NCBI RefSeq assembly: GCF_009914755.1
Contig: NC_060938.1
DNA: 64,000 bases
Direction: 5' to 3' (one strand)
Source: the human T2T-CHM13v2.0 reference genome, Homo sapiens
Position 1 is the first letter of the stretch. The number at the start of each line of letters is the position of its first letter. Of this stretch, positions 52,398-64,000 are shown piece after piece. A model generated the notes under the pieces. It searched no databases. It saw nothing but the letters and a program-made list of their open reading frames with translations, and had not been told where the DNA came from. Both the position numbers and the translations under genes were made by a program.

Positions 52398-53841
52398 CCC
52401 ATATTGTCACCCTTTTTATTTGAAGAGGATATTTTGGAGAGTGACCACCCCTTGCATGAGGACGGTTAGCAAGGCGAACATGTGCCCATCATTTTAATGT
52501 TACACTTTGATGGAAGCTGGAGGGAAAGCAGAGCCACACAATCATTCCAATAAATACCTGTAATTAGACCTTCACCCAAGGGGACAGATAACAATTTGGA
52601 AGTAAATGCAAATGAGATGAAAGAGCATTTGCCTTAGATAATAACTCTTTTGTATAAGTCGCAGACTCGTGATTCACTCCAGCTGTGGGAATGTAAAACT
52701 GTGATTCATAGAAACCTCCAAAGAAGGCTGTGAACTGCATTCCTATGCATTTGCAGCCATTTTTGCCAAGATACATGTAATAGGGGAATATTGCCTCTCC
52801 CTACTCTGAAGAGTTGACATTGTGTTAGCTGCCAGAGACAGAGAAAACCATTATTAATTTATCTACAGACACTGACCCAAGCCACTCAGTAAACAGGATG
52901 ATCAATGCAAGGATTATGTTTCATTGATGCCATTGTTTACTCTTGTTAATGCTATTTATATGCTCAGCAAAAACTCCCACAAGATCCCAGTGCTTCACAG
53001 TTTTTTAAAATCTGATTGATTATAAATGGAAGAAATATGGTAGCTCATCTACCGGGGATGGTTGGGACAGCAGAAGGGGAGACTTCCCCTCAGTGTGGAA
53101 TTTTGAGGTATGCAGAGATTTTATTTCAATTTCACGTCCACTTTCTGTTCCTCTCCACTCCTCACTCCCCCAGAATTCCTTTTACTTCTGGTTTCTAGGA
53201 TTTACATACAGCTTTGTTTTTCCTTTCTGCAAATCAAACAATCTGATAAATGTATTAACAGGAAGTCTTCAGAGAAAAGAGCTATGGACTTTTCCAAGGG
53301 TATTTTTGTTCTTAAAACAACAACAAAAGAAATAGTAAAGAAGCATATAAAACATACATCAAGATGAAATAAGAATTAGTTATTGTATCATTTAGAGAAG
53401 TCAAAAATTCTTTTAAAAATTCTGTTTTGAAGAAGCCCAGAAAAAGGAAAATGAAAGCAGAAAGGACAAATAATTAGAGGCAAAGATTTATGTACCAGGA
53501 GGTTTATTCTAGAATTATGCATTCTGGTAGAAGTAACAAAAATATCCTTCAATAAAGGAATAATTAAGTAAATTGTGATATATCCATATAATAGTTAAAT
53601 AAGTTGTTTTACATCCATAAGCACTCATCAAATATCTTTTGTTTAATTTTATAGAAAAAATTACATGCTCTATGTAAGTTAATGGGTCATCATCAAATGT
53701 CTTTTTAAAGTATATTTGAACACATAGGAATCTGTTCAAGGCAAAATGTTAGGTGGAAAAAAGTAATACATAATACGTATACTTAATGATAGCAGAAATA
53801 ATAAAAAATTGGGATGACATATTTCAAAATGCTAGCAGTGA

Positions 53842-54174
<333 letters not shown>

Positions 54175-54321
54175 TGAGTCTAAGTTTTCTATTTTATAAA
54201 TTTTTTGCAATAAACATATAAACACATTAATTTTATGATTAAATGTGGAAGTTACTCTTTAAAGGAAAAGGCATTGATTTACATAAAGGAATGGTGGAAT
54301 TTCAGGCTGCGAGGAGTGGGC

Positions 54322-54610
54322 TTTTTTTTCTCTCTCTCTTTTTAGACAGGGTTGCACTCTGTTGTCCAGGTTGGAGTGTAGTGACACAATCATACCTTAT
54401 TGTAGCCTTCAACTCCTGGGCTCAAGCGATCTTCCTGCCTCAGCCTTCCAAACAGCCAGGACTACAGGCAAGCACCACTATGCCCAGCTAATTTTTTTTT
54501 TTTAATAGTAGAGATGGGATCTCAATATGTTGCCCAGACTGGTCTTGAATTCCTCCTGCTTCGGCCTCCCAGAGTATTGGGATTACAGGCATGAGCCACT
54601 GTGCCCAGCC
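54322..54610 (-). mobile_element. AluJ-like with left-arm deletion
   Basis: tgtagccttcaactcctgggctcaagcgatc; gaattcct|cctgcttc junction. Confidence 0.9.
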
Positions 54611-54849
54611 AGTGTGGGCATTTGAATGTATATGAGAGCCTTCTATTATATTGCACATAATAGGCAATGGTAATTAACAACAGGTTTCATAGAATAATAA
54701 GTAATGAACCTTTATTGTATACTTACCATTTGCTAGGCATGATGCATTAGCACACTTTATATTCATTGTTTCTCTTTCAGTCTTTTTAACAGCACCATGT
54801 ACTAGAATTATCTGAAGAGGCAAGTGAAGTTTAGAAAAGTATGTTGATT

Positions 54850-55262
54850 AAGTTAAAACAAGCTGTTCTAACACAAACCTGAAATCTCACAAAAGGGAAG
54901 ATTATTTCTTCATCATGTAAAGGTTATTTTGTAATCGTGTAAAATTCTATTGGCAGCACCAGTGGGGATGGGGGGAGGTTTCCATTTCAGGCACTGATGG
55001 AGGCCCTGCTGTCTTTAACACATGGCTTCCAGGGCTGCCCTGGACATTCCTATCAAGCCAGCAGCCAGCACAATTGAGAGACTGGAGGCCTGTGCAGTTT
55101 CTGTGGACCAGCCCTGGTACTGGTAAAATTTCCAATCACATTTCAGTGGCAAGAGCGCAATCATGTGGTCACTCCTCACTGCAAGAAGGCTAGGAAAGAG
55201 TCTAGTTGTATCCTCAGAAGAAAAGAGAAAAGGATTTGGTAAACAGCTCACTAATTTCTGCC
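54850..55262. mobile_element. MLT1 solo LTR (old)
   Basis: cattcagg..tgatggagg..catggcttcc..aatcatgtggtc..actgcaagaaggctaggaaa..ggatttggtaaacagct. Confidence 0.65.
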
Positions 55263-55513
55263 GTGTGAGGTATCTTACTAGAGATCACACACCCAGCAAG
55301 TGACAGAGCCAGGATTTGAATACAGTCAGTCCTGTTCTAAAGCTGACCATCTTAACCACAGGGCTATGCCTCCACATTGCAGAAGACCAAAAGTTTAAAA
55401 ACTGACTCCCTTAGTTATTGGCTTATAGAGCAGCAGATTCCTCGTCTTTGGAAATGAGATATTCAACCTTTTGCTTTTACTTACTTTTAAAAAGGAAATT
55501 TTAACATTCTCTG

Positions 55514-55812
55514 CCAGATTGATACATTCATTATAATTGATAAGCCCACACTAACATATCATAATCACCCAAAGTCCATAGTTTACATTAGAATTTATTC
55601 TTAGGGTTGTTCATTATGAGTTTGGACAAATGTATAATGACATATATCTATCATTATAGTAACTTCTGTATTCCATCTATTCATCTTCCCCCCAACTTGA
55701 TAATGGGGAGGCTATGCATGTGTGGGGGCAGGAGGTACACAGGAAATCTCTATCTTCTTCCCAATTTTGCTATGAACCTAAAACTTCTCCAGAAATATAA
55801 AGTATTTCTTTA
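55514..55812. mobile_element. L1MC1/2 3' fragment with internal inversion (55514-55691 minus, 55697-55812 plus)
   Basis: cacccaaagtccatagtttacattag (minus) joined to ttgataatggggaggctatgcatgtgtggggg..gaacctaaaac (plus). Confidence 0.8.
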
Positions 55813-55891
55813 AAAATTATCCCAAGGACATTTGTCCTTCTCAAGACTTACAAAAACTAAAATTTTAATAGAAGTTATCTACTATATTTGC

Positions 55892-55934
55892 TGATTTCCT
55901 CCTGCTTCAGCCTCCCAAAGTATTGGGATTGCAG
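55892..55934 (-). repeat. 43-bp orphan Alu snippet, probable local copy of 54546-54588
   Basis: 39/43 identical to the nearby AluJ, including non-consensus bases. Confidence 0.75.
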
Positions 55935-56792
55935 TATTTAGAATTTTCTATCCATTGTTCAATAACTTCAAGTTTGAAGAATATTGCTGATAGAGCCTAC
56001 TGATACATACTTATTTACATTTATTAAATACCATATGTGTAACTTTTTTAAAAAAGGTTTTACTTTATTTTTTTAAAGTCAGATTCAAAATGAAAGGAGA
56101 GGTTGAGGTATGGCCAAAGCTAAATACTCAAGGGTGGGACAAACATTCAAGAATTATAGCTAGGGTGAGCTATGTGGGGAAAAAAATGCTTTCAATTGTA
56201 ATATGATAGATTTTTAAATCATGTATGCAAGATCAGTAGGCTATAAACTGATGACAAAGAAAAGTTAACACATGTTCTATCAAGAATAGTATTCAAATGA
56301 GAAATAGCAGAACAAACATAATTAAGAGGGAACTGGAAGTGAGTGAGATGCAAAACAACTGAGTGTCCAGTTCCTTGTTTGATAGAGTGAGTCACAGGAC
56401 ATCTGCTTCATGAAGATGGACTGGGTGCACACATTTATCTTCCATTACTCCCAAGATCCAAATAAAATAAAAAGTACCAAAAGGAATAAACCTATAACAG
56501 GGAAGAGAATGGAATTGGGGTTTACAAAAGAATGAGACATTTTAATAAGTATCTGGAAGAAGAAAAGTAGTTTAGAGTGAGTTGACAGATGAGAGGCAAG
56601 AAAAAACAATAGTCTAGCATGAGTTTCAGAGGATGAGGGAGCCACCTGCCCAGTGGAGGAAGCTTTGAGTTGAGAGACAACAGGTCCTATGGAAGGCAGA
56701 TGTGAGTAGGAGAACCAAAAATGGGGACAGAGGAATGTGGGGAGGCAGGTACATATATTGAAGATTCATCTGTTGACAAATTTATCAACATT

Positions 56793-56962
<170 letters not shown>

Positions 56963-57315
56963 TCAATATTAAAGTCAAAATGGACCTGACACAAGGTGGG
57001 ATATAGAAGGGAGAAGGAAAGATGGGGAGTCAAAACGGGATATCAAATTTTGTGTAAAATGAAATAGAGATTTAAATGTTATTTTATGTTATAGTGGTTA
57101 TCAATTTAAAAAACTTAAAAAAATTAAAACACTAAGAAGAGAGAGGAATGAGGTAGTATAAACAAAATCCTTGTCTTTCATATTAGGGAGTCTATTAAAA
57201 TTGCTTTCATTGATAAATTAAGAAACAGCAATGTTTCTTAATTTTATCCAACAAATTATCCAGAGGAGACAACTTCCAGAAGAATAAAAATAAAAATATT
57301 AAAAGAGTTTGCCAT

Positions 57316-57435
57316 GGATATTCCATTTACCCTGATGTGATTATTATGCACTGTATATGTATATATATGTATCACATAGTTGTGTATTAAAATATCTCAG
57401 GTACCCCATAAATATATACACCCTAAAAATAAAAA
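57316..57435 (+). mobile_element. L1MA extreme 3' fragment
   Basis: ccatttaccctgatgtgattattatgca..gtaccccataaatatataca. Confidence 0.75.
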
Positions 57436-58824
57436 CACCCGGTTACCTCTGCGCAAGTTGAAGTTGGGTTCAGTTCACACTGGACCCTCTTTCCTACTGC
57501 AGTAGTATAACCAGACATGAGTATTTTTGTTAAGCTTCGATTAAAATCTATTCTTACTACTTTAAAGGAATAAAAATAAGGAAGGTACAAGCTCTAAGCT
57601 ATAATTGCCATTCTCTTAGCGTGGAAGGGGGAAAAGGAGTTAAAAACAGAAACCCAAAAAGCAAAACACTGAAAGAAATTCAATACTAAAAGCCTTTAAT
57701 CTGGGGGAAACAGAGTTCACCTTTGGGTAATGCCACTAGTATTGGTACTAGTAATGCCATCATGTATTATCTTGATTAGAAGTCAGTCAGTTCAACTCTC
57801 TAGATTCTCTTACTTCATAGTACATAATATTTTCTCAGCGAGCCTATAAGAATGTGGATTTCTGGCCCTACTTCCAGATATTATAATTTGGCATTGATTA
57901 CATGTGGTCCATGGGCCATGCATTAGGAACCATGGTTCTAGGCTGTGAGAAATTACATCCATGTCACTGCCAACATCATAGATGTGAGAGCATCCTCTCC
58001 CCTCCTCTCACTCTTACAGTTTTTTGAAATGTGGTGTTCAAGGCTGGCTACTCACTTCCTGGAGTTAGAAGGGTCTTCAGGGAAAGGTCTGATGACCTGT
58101 GCACAGAGATGAGCCTGAGAAGATGACTCCACCTTAGGGCCTTCCCTATGGTCCGTGGACTGAGGAGGCTTCAGTTGTAAGTCCAGAGACAGTCTTGTCT
58201 GTGACCCCAGAGAGCTGCTCCACTGCACATGACCACAGTTACTGTCCTCATTTAGAATGAGAAGGTGACTGCCACTTGGAGTAGACATTTGGATTACCCT
58301 GACACATACTCTCGTCTTCTGACAAAACCATTTAGAGAACCAAAATAAATCTAGAAATGAGCTTTGTAGATGTAGAGTTAGAGTTTATTGGATGAAGAAG
58401 GTGTTTCCAAGAGTATGACTCTGCTGGCCCACCCATCTCCACAGCATAGATATGCCTAGTAGACCAGCACTGCCCAGCTTGAGCTGCACGTCACATTCAC
58501 AAAAGGAGCTTTTCAAAAGTACCAGCATGGGCTCCTCTTTAGCTTAATAGAATCAGAATCTCTGAAGATGGGGCCCAGGCGTGGGCATTTTTGTGAAACT
58601 TCCCAGGACAGCATAACATCCAGCCAGAGTGAGGATCGTGGTGTACAGGAGTCACAGGGAATGCTCACTGGGTTGTCTAGGCCTCCCTTTCCCCTAAACC
58701 ACATGGGAGATAAACTAATATGTATTCCAGGGAAAGGCCTAAATGCCTTAATATAACAGGTCCAAAAACTCAATGTTGTCTGTCATAGAAGTAAAACCTT
58801 GCTTCGTGTACATAAATTCAGTTA

Positions 58825-58965
58825 ATAATCATAGCAACCCTATGAGATAGGTACTGTTATCATCTGCATTTCATAGATGTAGAAGCTGAGAAAACAGAGA
58901 TGCTAAGTAACTTGTCCAAGGTCACGCAATTGTCAAGTAGGAGAGCTGGAATATGAATTCAGGTG
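58825..58965 (-). mobile_element. MIR
   Basis: caaccctatgagataggtactg..taagtaacttgtccaaggtcac. Confidence 0.8.
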
Positions 58966-59019
58966 GCCACAGTTTGGACTCTCAAACATTCTGTTCTATT
59001 TCTTTACAGTCACTGACTC

Positions 59020-61392
59020 TGACAATTCCCTGCTTCTCATTTCGGCAGATGGCCTTGATTCTTACTTCTTGAGAAAAGCAAGGCAATCAGAGAGGAACTC
59101 CCTGCTTCTGCAACCACATATATCAGCCTACTGCATCCCTGACTCTATCTTCTATTTGTACGCTGGATCTCATCTCCTCTTGCCAACTCAGGGATGCTGT
59201 TCAAGCACTTAAACCGCCTCTCCTCACATCAGTTATTTCCTCAATTGGCTCTTTCTCACTAGCTGTACACATATGAGCTATTACACATTTGTTGTAACAT
59301 CTTTCATGGAGAAAAATTCCTCCCTTGATTGCACATCTCTCTCTAGCTGCCACCCCGTTTTTCTTTTCTCCTATACAGCATAGTTCCTCCAAAAGAGTGG
59401 TCTGTACTTGTCTTCACTTCTTCTCCCATTCTACTCCAATCAGACTTTAGAGCTCCCCTCCCCCACTGTACGCAGGCTCATTCCAACAGTGTTTATCTGG
59501 TGCCCCACTCTGAGTCATTCTCTCCACCTATCAGCAGCATGAGTCAGTGTTAATACCCTCACCTGGAAACTCTGGGGCTCTCTCTCAGTTGTCTCCTCCT
59601 ACCTACCTGGCCATCTACTGTTTCTCAGTTTCATTGCCAGTTGCCTTCACCCCTTTGTTTTCTAAGCATTGGCATGCCCTGGACCTAAGTCCTAGATTTC
59701 TTCTCTTTCTATAGTCATTCCATAGGTTTTCTTATCCAGAAAGCTGATTATACTCAAATTTATATTTTTGCATATCTTCATGACCATAGGATAGGAAAAG
59801 GTTTCTTAAACAGAACATAAAATGTACTAACCTTAAAGGGAAAGAAATAAAGTCAAACTGCATTAAAATTTAGACTGTAAATCGAGACACTCTTCACAGT
59901 GAAAAGGTAAGCTACAGAGTAGGGGATATTTATAATGCATATATCTGACAAAAGACCTGTATCTGTATAATATAAACAACTCCCACAGATAATAAGAAAA
60001 AGGTAAACAAAGCAATAGAAAAATGGATGAAGGGCTGGAACAGCCCAGATCTCCTCCTCAAACTCCAGACTTGAATGTACAACTGCATATTCATGATCTC
60101 CATTGACTAGTCATCTTATATTTAACCCACCCAGAACAATTCCTGCTGCTTCTTCTCCGTCTCAACCTGCTCCTTCTCCAGTAAATGGCAACTCCAGGTG
60201 CCAGTTACACAGGCCAAAACCTGTGGCGTCATCCTCAACTATTCTCTCTTATATCCAACCTATATTAATTATCTATTGCAACAAATATTACACTTCAGTT
60301 TCTGTGAGTCAGGAATGTGGGCATGGCTTAGCTGGATCTCAGGCTCAGGGTCTCATTTAGACTATAAATCTACAATCCCGGCATTGGCCAGGGCTAGTCA
60401 CCTCAAGGTTTGATTAGGGAGGATCACTGCCAAGCTGATACATGTGGCTGCTGGCAGGCCCTGGGTTCTTGCTGGCTGTTAGCTGGAGACAACAGTTCCT
60501 TGCCGCATGGGCCTCTCCAAATGCAGATCACAGTATGGCATCTGGTCTCCCCCAGAGTGAGCCAGAGAGAGAGTGTGAGGGAGGGCAGCTAGACGGAAGT
60601 CACGTTTTATAACCTAACTCACAATTGATATACTATCACTTTTGCCATATTCCTTTCATTGGAAGTGACTCACTAGGTCAAACCTACATGCAGGGGGAGG
60701 TACAGATCACTGTGGGCCATCATAAAGGTTGCCAGTCTTACAATCTAACAGCACATTGCATCATTTCTACTTGCAAAATATAAGCAGAATCTAAGTACTT
60801 CTCACCGCTTCCATTGCTAAGCACCCTGGTCTAAGCCTCTGTCTTCTTCCACTTGGATTCTTGCAATACCTTCTTAAATGGCGTCCTTCCTCCCTAACTC
60901 CTACTTCACACACACTGTTTGCCATACAATAGTGAGAATAAGCCTTTTAAAATAAGAGTGAAACCATGCTAATGATTTGGAAAAAAAATTCTACAGTGTT
61001 CTAGAAGGCCCTGCATGCTCTGCTTGTGTCCTGATCTTTACTCCTGCTATTCTTCCCTTCACTCATTCTGCTCCAACTACACTGGCCTTCCTGATGTTCC
61101 CTGAACACACCAAGCATGCACCCACCTTAAACCTTGGATGCTTTTCATGTTTGTATCTTCTCTTCGATATCTGCAAGGCTGGGAAAATGTCATCCTTCAG
61201 TGAGGTCTTCCCAGAATGTCCCTTATAAAATAGCAATATGTACACCCTCCCCTCTCCTTTACTCCCTATTCCCTTAACTAGCTTTATTTTTACCTGTAAC
61301 AATTACCACCTTCCTTGTTTTTCTTGTTTATTTTCTGTTTCCCGAGTACCATTTGTTGGCATATAATATGAGCTCAATCAATATTTATTAAA
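59020..61392 (+). mobile_element. Long L2 relic interrupted by L1ME (~59760-60045) and an MLT1 LTR (~60270-60740)
   Basis: cagatggccttgattcttac..aactccagact..ccttctccagtaaatggcaactcc..actggccttcctg..cttcagtgaggtcttcc..ctcaatcaatatttattaa. Confidence 0.7.
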
Positions 61393-61788
61393 TATAGAAA
61401 CATCCTTGATTGGGTTATACAAAGTTCTTGTTCTTTCTATGGCTGATATGGGAAGACATTGTGTATGTATGACACATTTGGACGTGATTGATCTCATCTG
61501 GATTGTGTTGAATTCATCATTTAACCCTAGATAAATTCATCATTTAATTCTATCATGAGTGAGGGAGTGGAGTTGTGAAAGAGGCGGCGGGGAAGGAATT
61601 GGCTGGTTTGTCCCCAGTCCCCCCACAGCCCCTTCTAACCCACTGGTTCTTCATCCTCTTACAAAAACCCTTCCTCCTCTGAGCCTCATGGTACCTGTCA
61701 AGAAGCTGCCTTCTTGCTGTCATTTCTAGACCCCACATTCACCCAGGGTCTTACCCAAACACCCTTCAATTCAGACCCATCACGTGGT

Positions 61789-61823
61789 ACGTTGGTGGTA
61801 TAGTGGTAAGCATAGCTGCCTTC
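61789..61823 (+). pseudogene. tRNA-Gly(TCC) 5'-half retrocopy (tailless retropseudogene)
   Basis: aCGTTGGTGGTATAGTGGTAAGCATAGCTGCCTTC is 34/35 identical to nt 1-35 of recalled human tRNA-Gly-TCC; flanked by ttcagacccat / ttcagactcat. Confidence 0.9.
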
Positions 61824-62065
61824 AGACTCATGGCCCCTGCTCTAGCTCTGAAATCCTAAACTATGGAATACCACTCTTTGACCCCAACCTTCTACTCTTT
61901 CAGTTTATTCCCCTTCGAGGAAGGGCAAATACCTTGAAACACGCCAAGACCTCCACCTGAGTCTCCTCCATTTTTTAGCAGACAATCATCCCCTTTTGGC
62001 TTTATGTCTTCCTCTATCTGCCCTAAATACCTTATTCATTACCTCATTTTATATAGAAAAAATGT

Positions 62066-62295
62066 GCTGCAGTGATGGAAAGCAAAGGCTTTAGAGACCC
62101 AAACACAGGTTCATAGTCTGGCTCTACCACTTGTTAAATCATGTGATCTTGGGCAAATTAATTAATCTGTCTGAACCCCACTTTCCTTGACTATAAAATG
62201 AGAATAACAGCTTCATTATAGGGAGGTTGTGAGGACTGCATGTGATTTAGAAAAGCATGAAGTTCATAGACAGCAACAAATGTAAATGACTATTA
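62066..62295 (+). mobile_element. MIR
   Basis: ggctttagagaccc..ctggctctaccactt..tgtgatcttgggcaaatta..ctataaaatgagaataac. Confidence 0.8.
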
Positions 62296-62299
62296 TACA

Positions 62300-63636
62300 A
62301 ATTTTTAAATAAATTTTATTGTATATATTTAAAGTATACAAATGTTGTTATAGGATGCATATAGATAGCAAAAGGGTTACCATAGTGCAATAAATGGACA
62401 TATCTATCATCTCACATAGTTACCCTTTTTTTTGTTTTTGTAGCAAGAGCAGCTAAAATTAACTCAGCATGAATTCTATATACAGTACAATTGTATTACC
62501 TCTAGTCCTCATAGGGTACATTAGATCTCTAGACTTGTTCATCCTACACATCTGATGCTTTGTATCCTCTTGAACTATGTCTTCCCGTTTTCTCTCCCCA
62601 GTGCCCCATCCCTGACAACCACTGTTTTGTTCTTTCTGTATAGTTGAAATTTTTTATGTTCCACATATTAATGAGATAATACAATATTTTTCTTTATGTG
62701 TCTGGCTTATTTCATTTAGCATAATGTCCTCTAGGCTCACCCATGCTGTGGCATATGGCAAGATCTCATTCTTTTTTAGGGATGAATAATATTCAATGTT
62801 ATTGTATCTACCACAATTTCTTTGTCCTTTCATCTGTCAACAGACACTTAGGTTGTTCCATATCTTGGCTATTGTGAATAATGCTGCAATAAACATGAGA
62901 GTGCAGATATCTTTGTGAGGTGGTAATTTTATTTCCTTTTAGTATATGCCCAGAAGAGGGATTGCTAGGTCACATGGTACTTCTAATTTTGATTTCTTTA
63001 GAAGTCTCCATACTATTCTTTATAATGGCTCTACCAATCGACATTTCCACCAGCAATGTACAAGAGTTCCCTTTTCTCCACGTCCTTGCCAACACTTGTT
63101 ATCTTTTGCCTTTTTATTAATAACCATCCTAACAGGGTTAGGTGGTATCTTATAGTAGTTTTGATTTGCATTTCCCTGATGATTAATGATGAGGAACACC
63201 TGTTCCTATACCTGTTGGCCATTTTTATGTCTTTGGAGAAATGTCTGTTCAAGTCTTTTGCGTATTTTTTAATCGGATTACAGATGCTCCTTGACTTAGG
63301 TTGTGTTTGAATAAGCCCATTGTAAATTGAAAATACCCTAAATCAAAAGTGCATTTTCCACTTACAATACTGGAACATGATCATAAGTGGAGAAGCTTAC
63401 TGAATGTGTATTATATTCCTACCAACCTAAAGTTGAAAAATTATAAGTTAAATCGTTGTTAAGTCAAGAACTGTATCTGTTTTTCTACTACTGAGTTGTA
63501 TGAGCTTTTTATAAAATTTGGATATTATCACCTTATTAGATATATGGTTTGCAAATTTTTTTTCTAAATTCTTAGGATACCATTTTATTTTGTTCATTGC
63601 TTCCTTTGCTCTGCAGAAGCTTTTAAGTTGATGTAC
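62300..63636 (-). mobile_element. L1MA (MA8-10-like) 3' region, antisense
   Basis: cattagatctctagacttgttcatcctaca; gtatatgcccagaagagggattgct; minus-strand [12 protein letters not shown]. Confidence 0.88.
63281..63479. mobile_element. Tigger4a/MER46-like MITE inside L1MA
   Basis: TIRs cagatgctccttgactta..taagtcaagaactgtatctg. Confidence 0.75.
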
Positions 63637-64000
63637 AGCTGACCCTTGAACAACACAGGTTTGAATTTCATGGGTGCATGAAGATTTTCTTCTCCTTCTG
63701 CCACCCCTGAGACAGTAAGCCCTCCTCTTCTTCCTCCTCCTCAGCCTACTCAATGTGAAGACAATGAGAATGAAGACCTTCATGATGGATCCACTCTCAA
63801 TTAATATTAAATATATTTTCTCTTCCTTATGATTTTCTTAATAATATTTTCTTTCCTCTAGCTTACTTTGTTGTAAGAATACAGTATATAATACATATAA
63901 CATACAAAATATGTGTTAGTCAACTGTTTATGTCATCAGTAAGGCTTCTGGTCAACAGTAGACTATTAATTTTTTTGAAAGTCAGAAGTTACCTGTGGAT
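63637..64000. mobile_element. Tigger2a (MER28)-like, runs off the window
   Basis: cagctgacccttgaacaacacaggtttgaa..ctcagcctactcaatgtgaagac..gtaaggcttctggtcaacagtag. Confidence 0.88.

Noticed and set aside
61789-61860. Functional tRNA-Gly gene
   Set aside because: Similarity ends in the anticodon; no T arm, B box or 3' acceptor strand.

Overview
Primate (very probably human) nuclear genomic DNA, AT-rich and dominated by transposable elements. The first ~18.5 kb holds the last three coding exons and 3' UTR of NUBPL (IND1, the mitochondrial Mrp/NBP35-family Fe-S scaffold for complex I) on the + strand: 3778-3898, 7426-7508 and 16430-16492. Spliced, they give [88 protein letters not shown]. The ORF track misses all three exons. 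The remaining ~45 kb looks intergenic: Alus, a three-level L1 nest (L1M > full-length L1PB > L1PA2-like), solo MaLR/ERVL LTRs, Tigger/MER DNA transposons, L2/MIR relics and a 410-bp polypyrimidine tract; a complete THE1B element lies in the last NUBPL intron. I see no novel multi-gene system. The most unusual item is a TSD-flanked, tailless retrocopy of the 5' half of tRNA-Gly(TCC) cut in the anticodon loop. Other notable items are the fragile splice architecture of the 83-nt NUBPL exon, an apparently L1-donated poly(A) signal, and several local duplications or templated copies. Repeat subfamily names and known-variant links come from my recall of consensus sequences and literature, not from a search.
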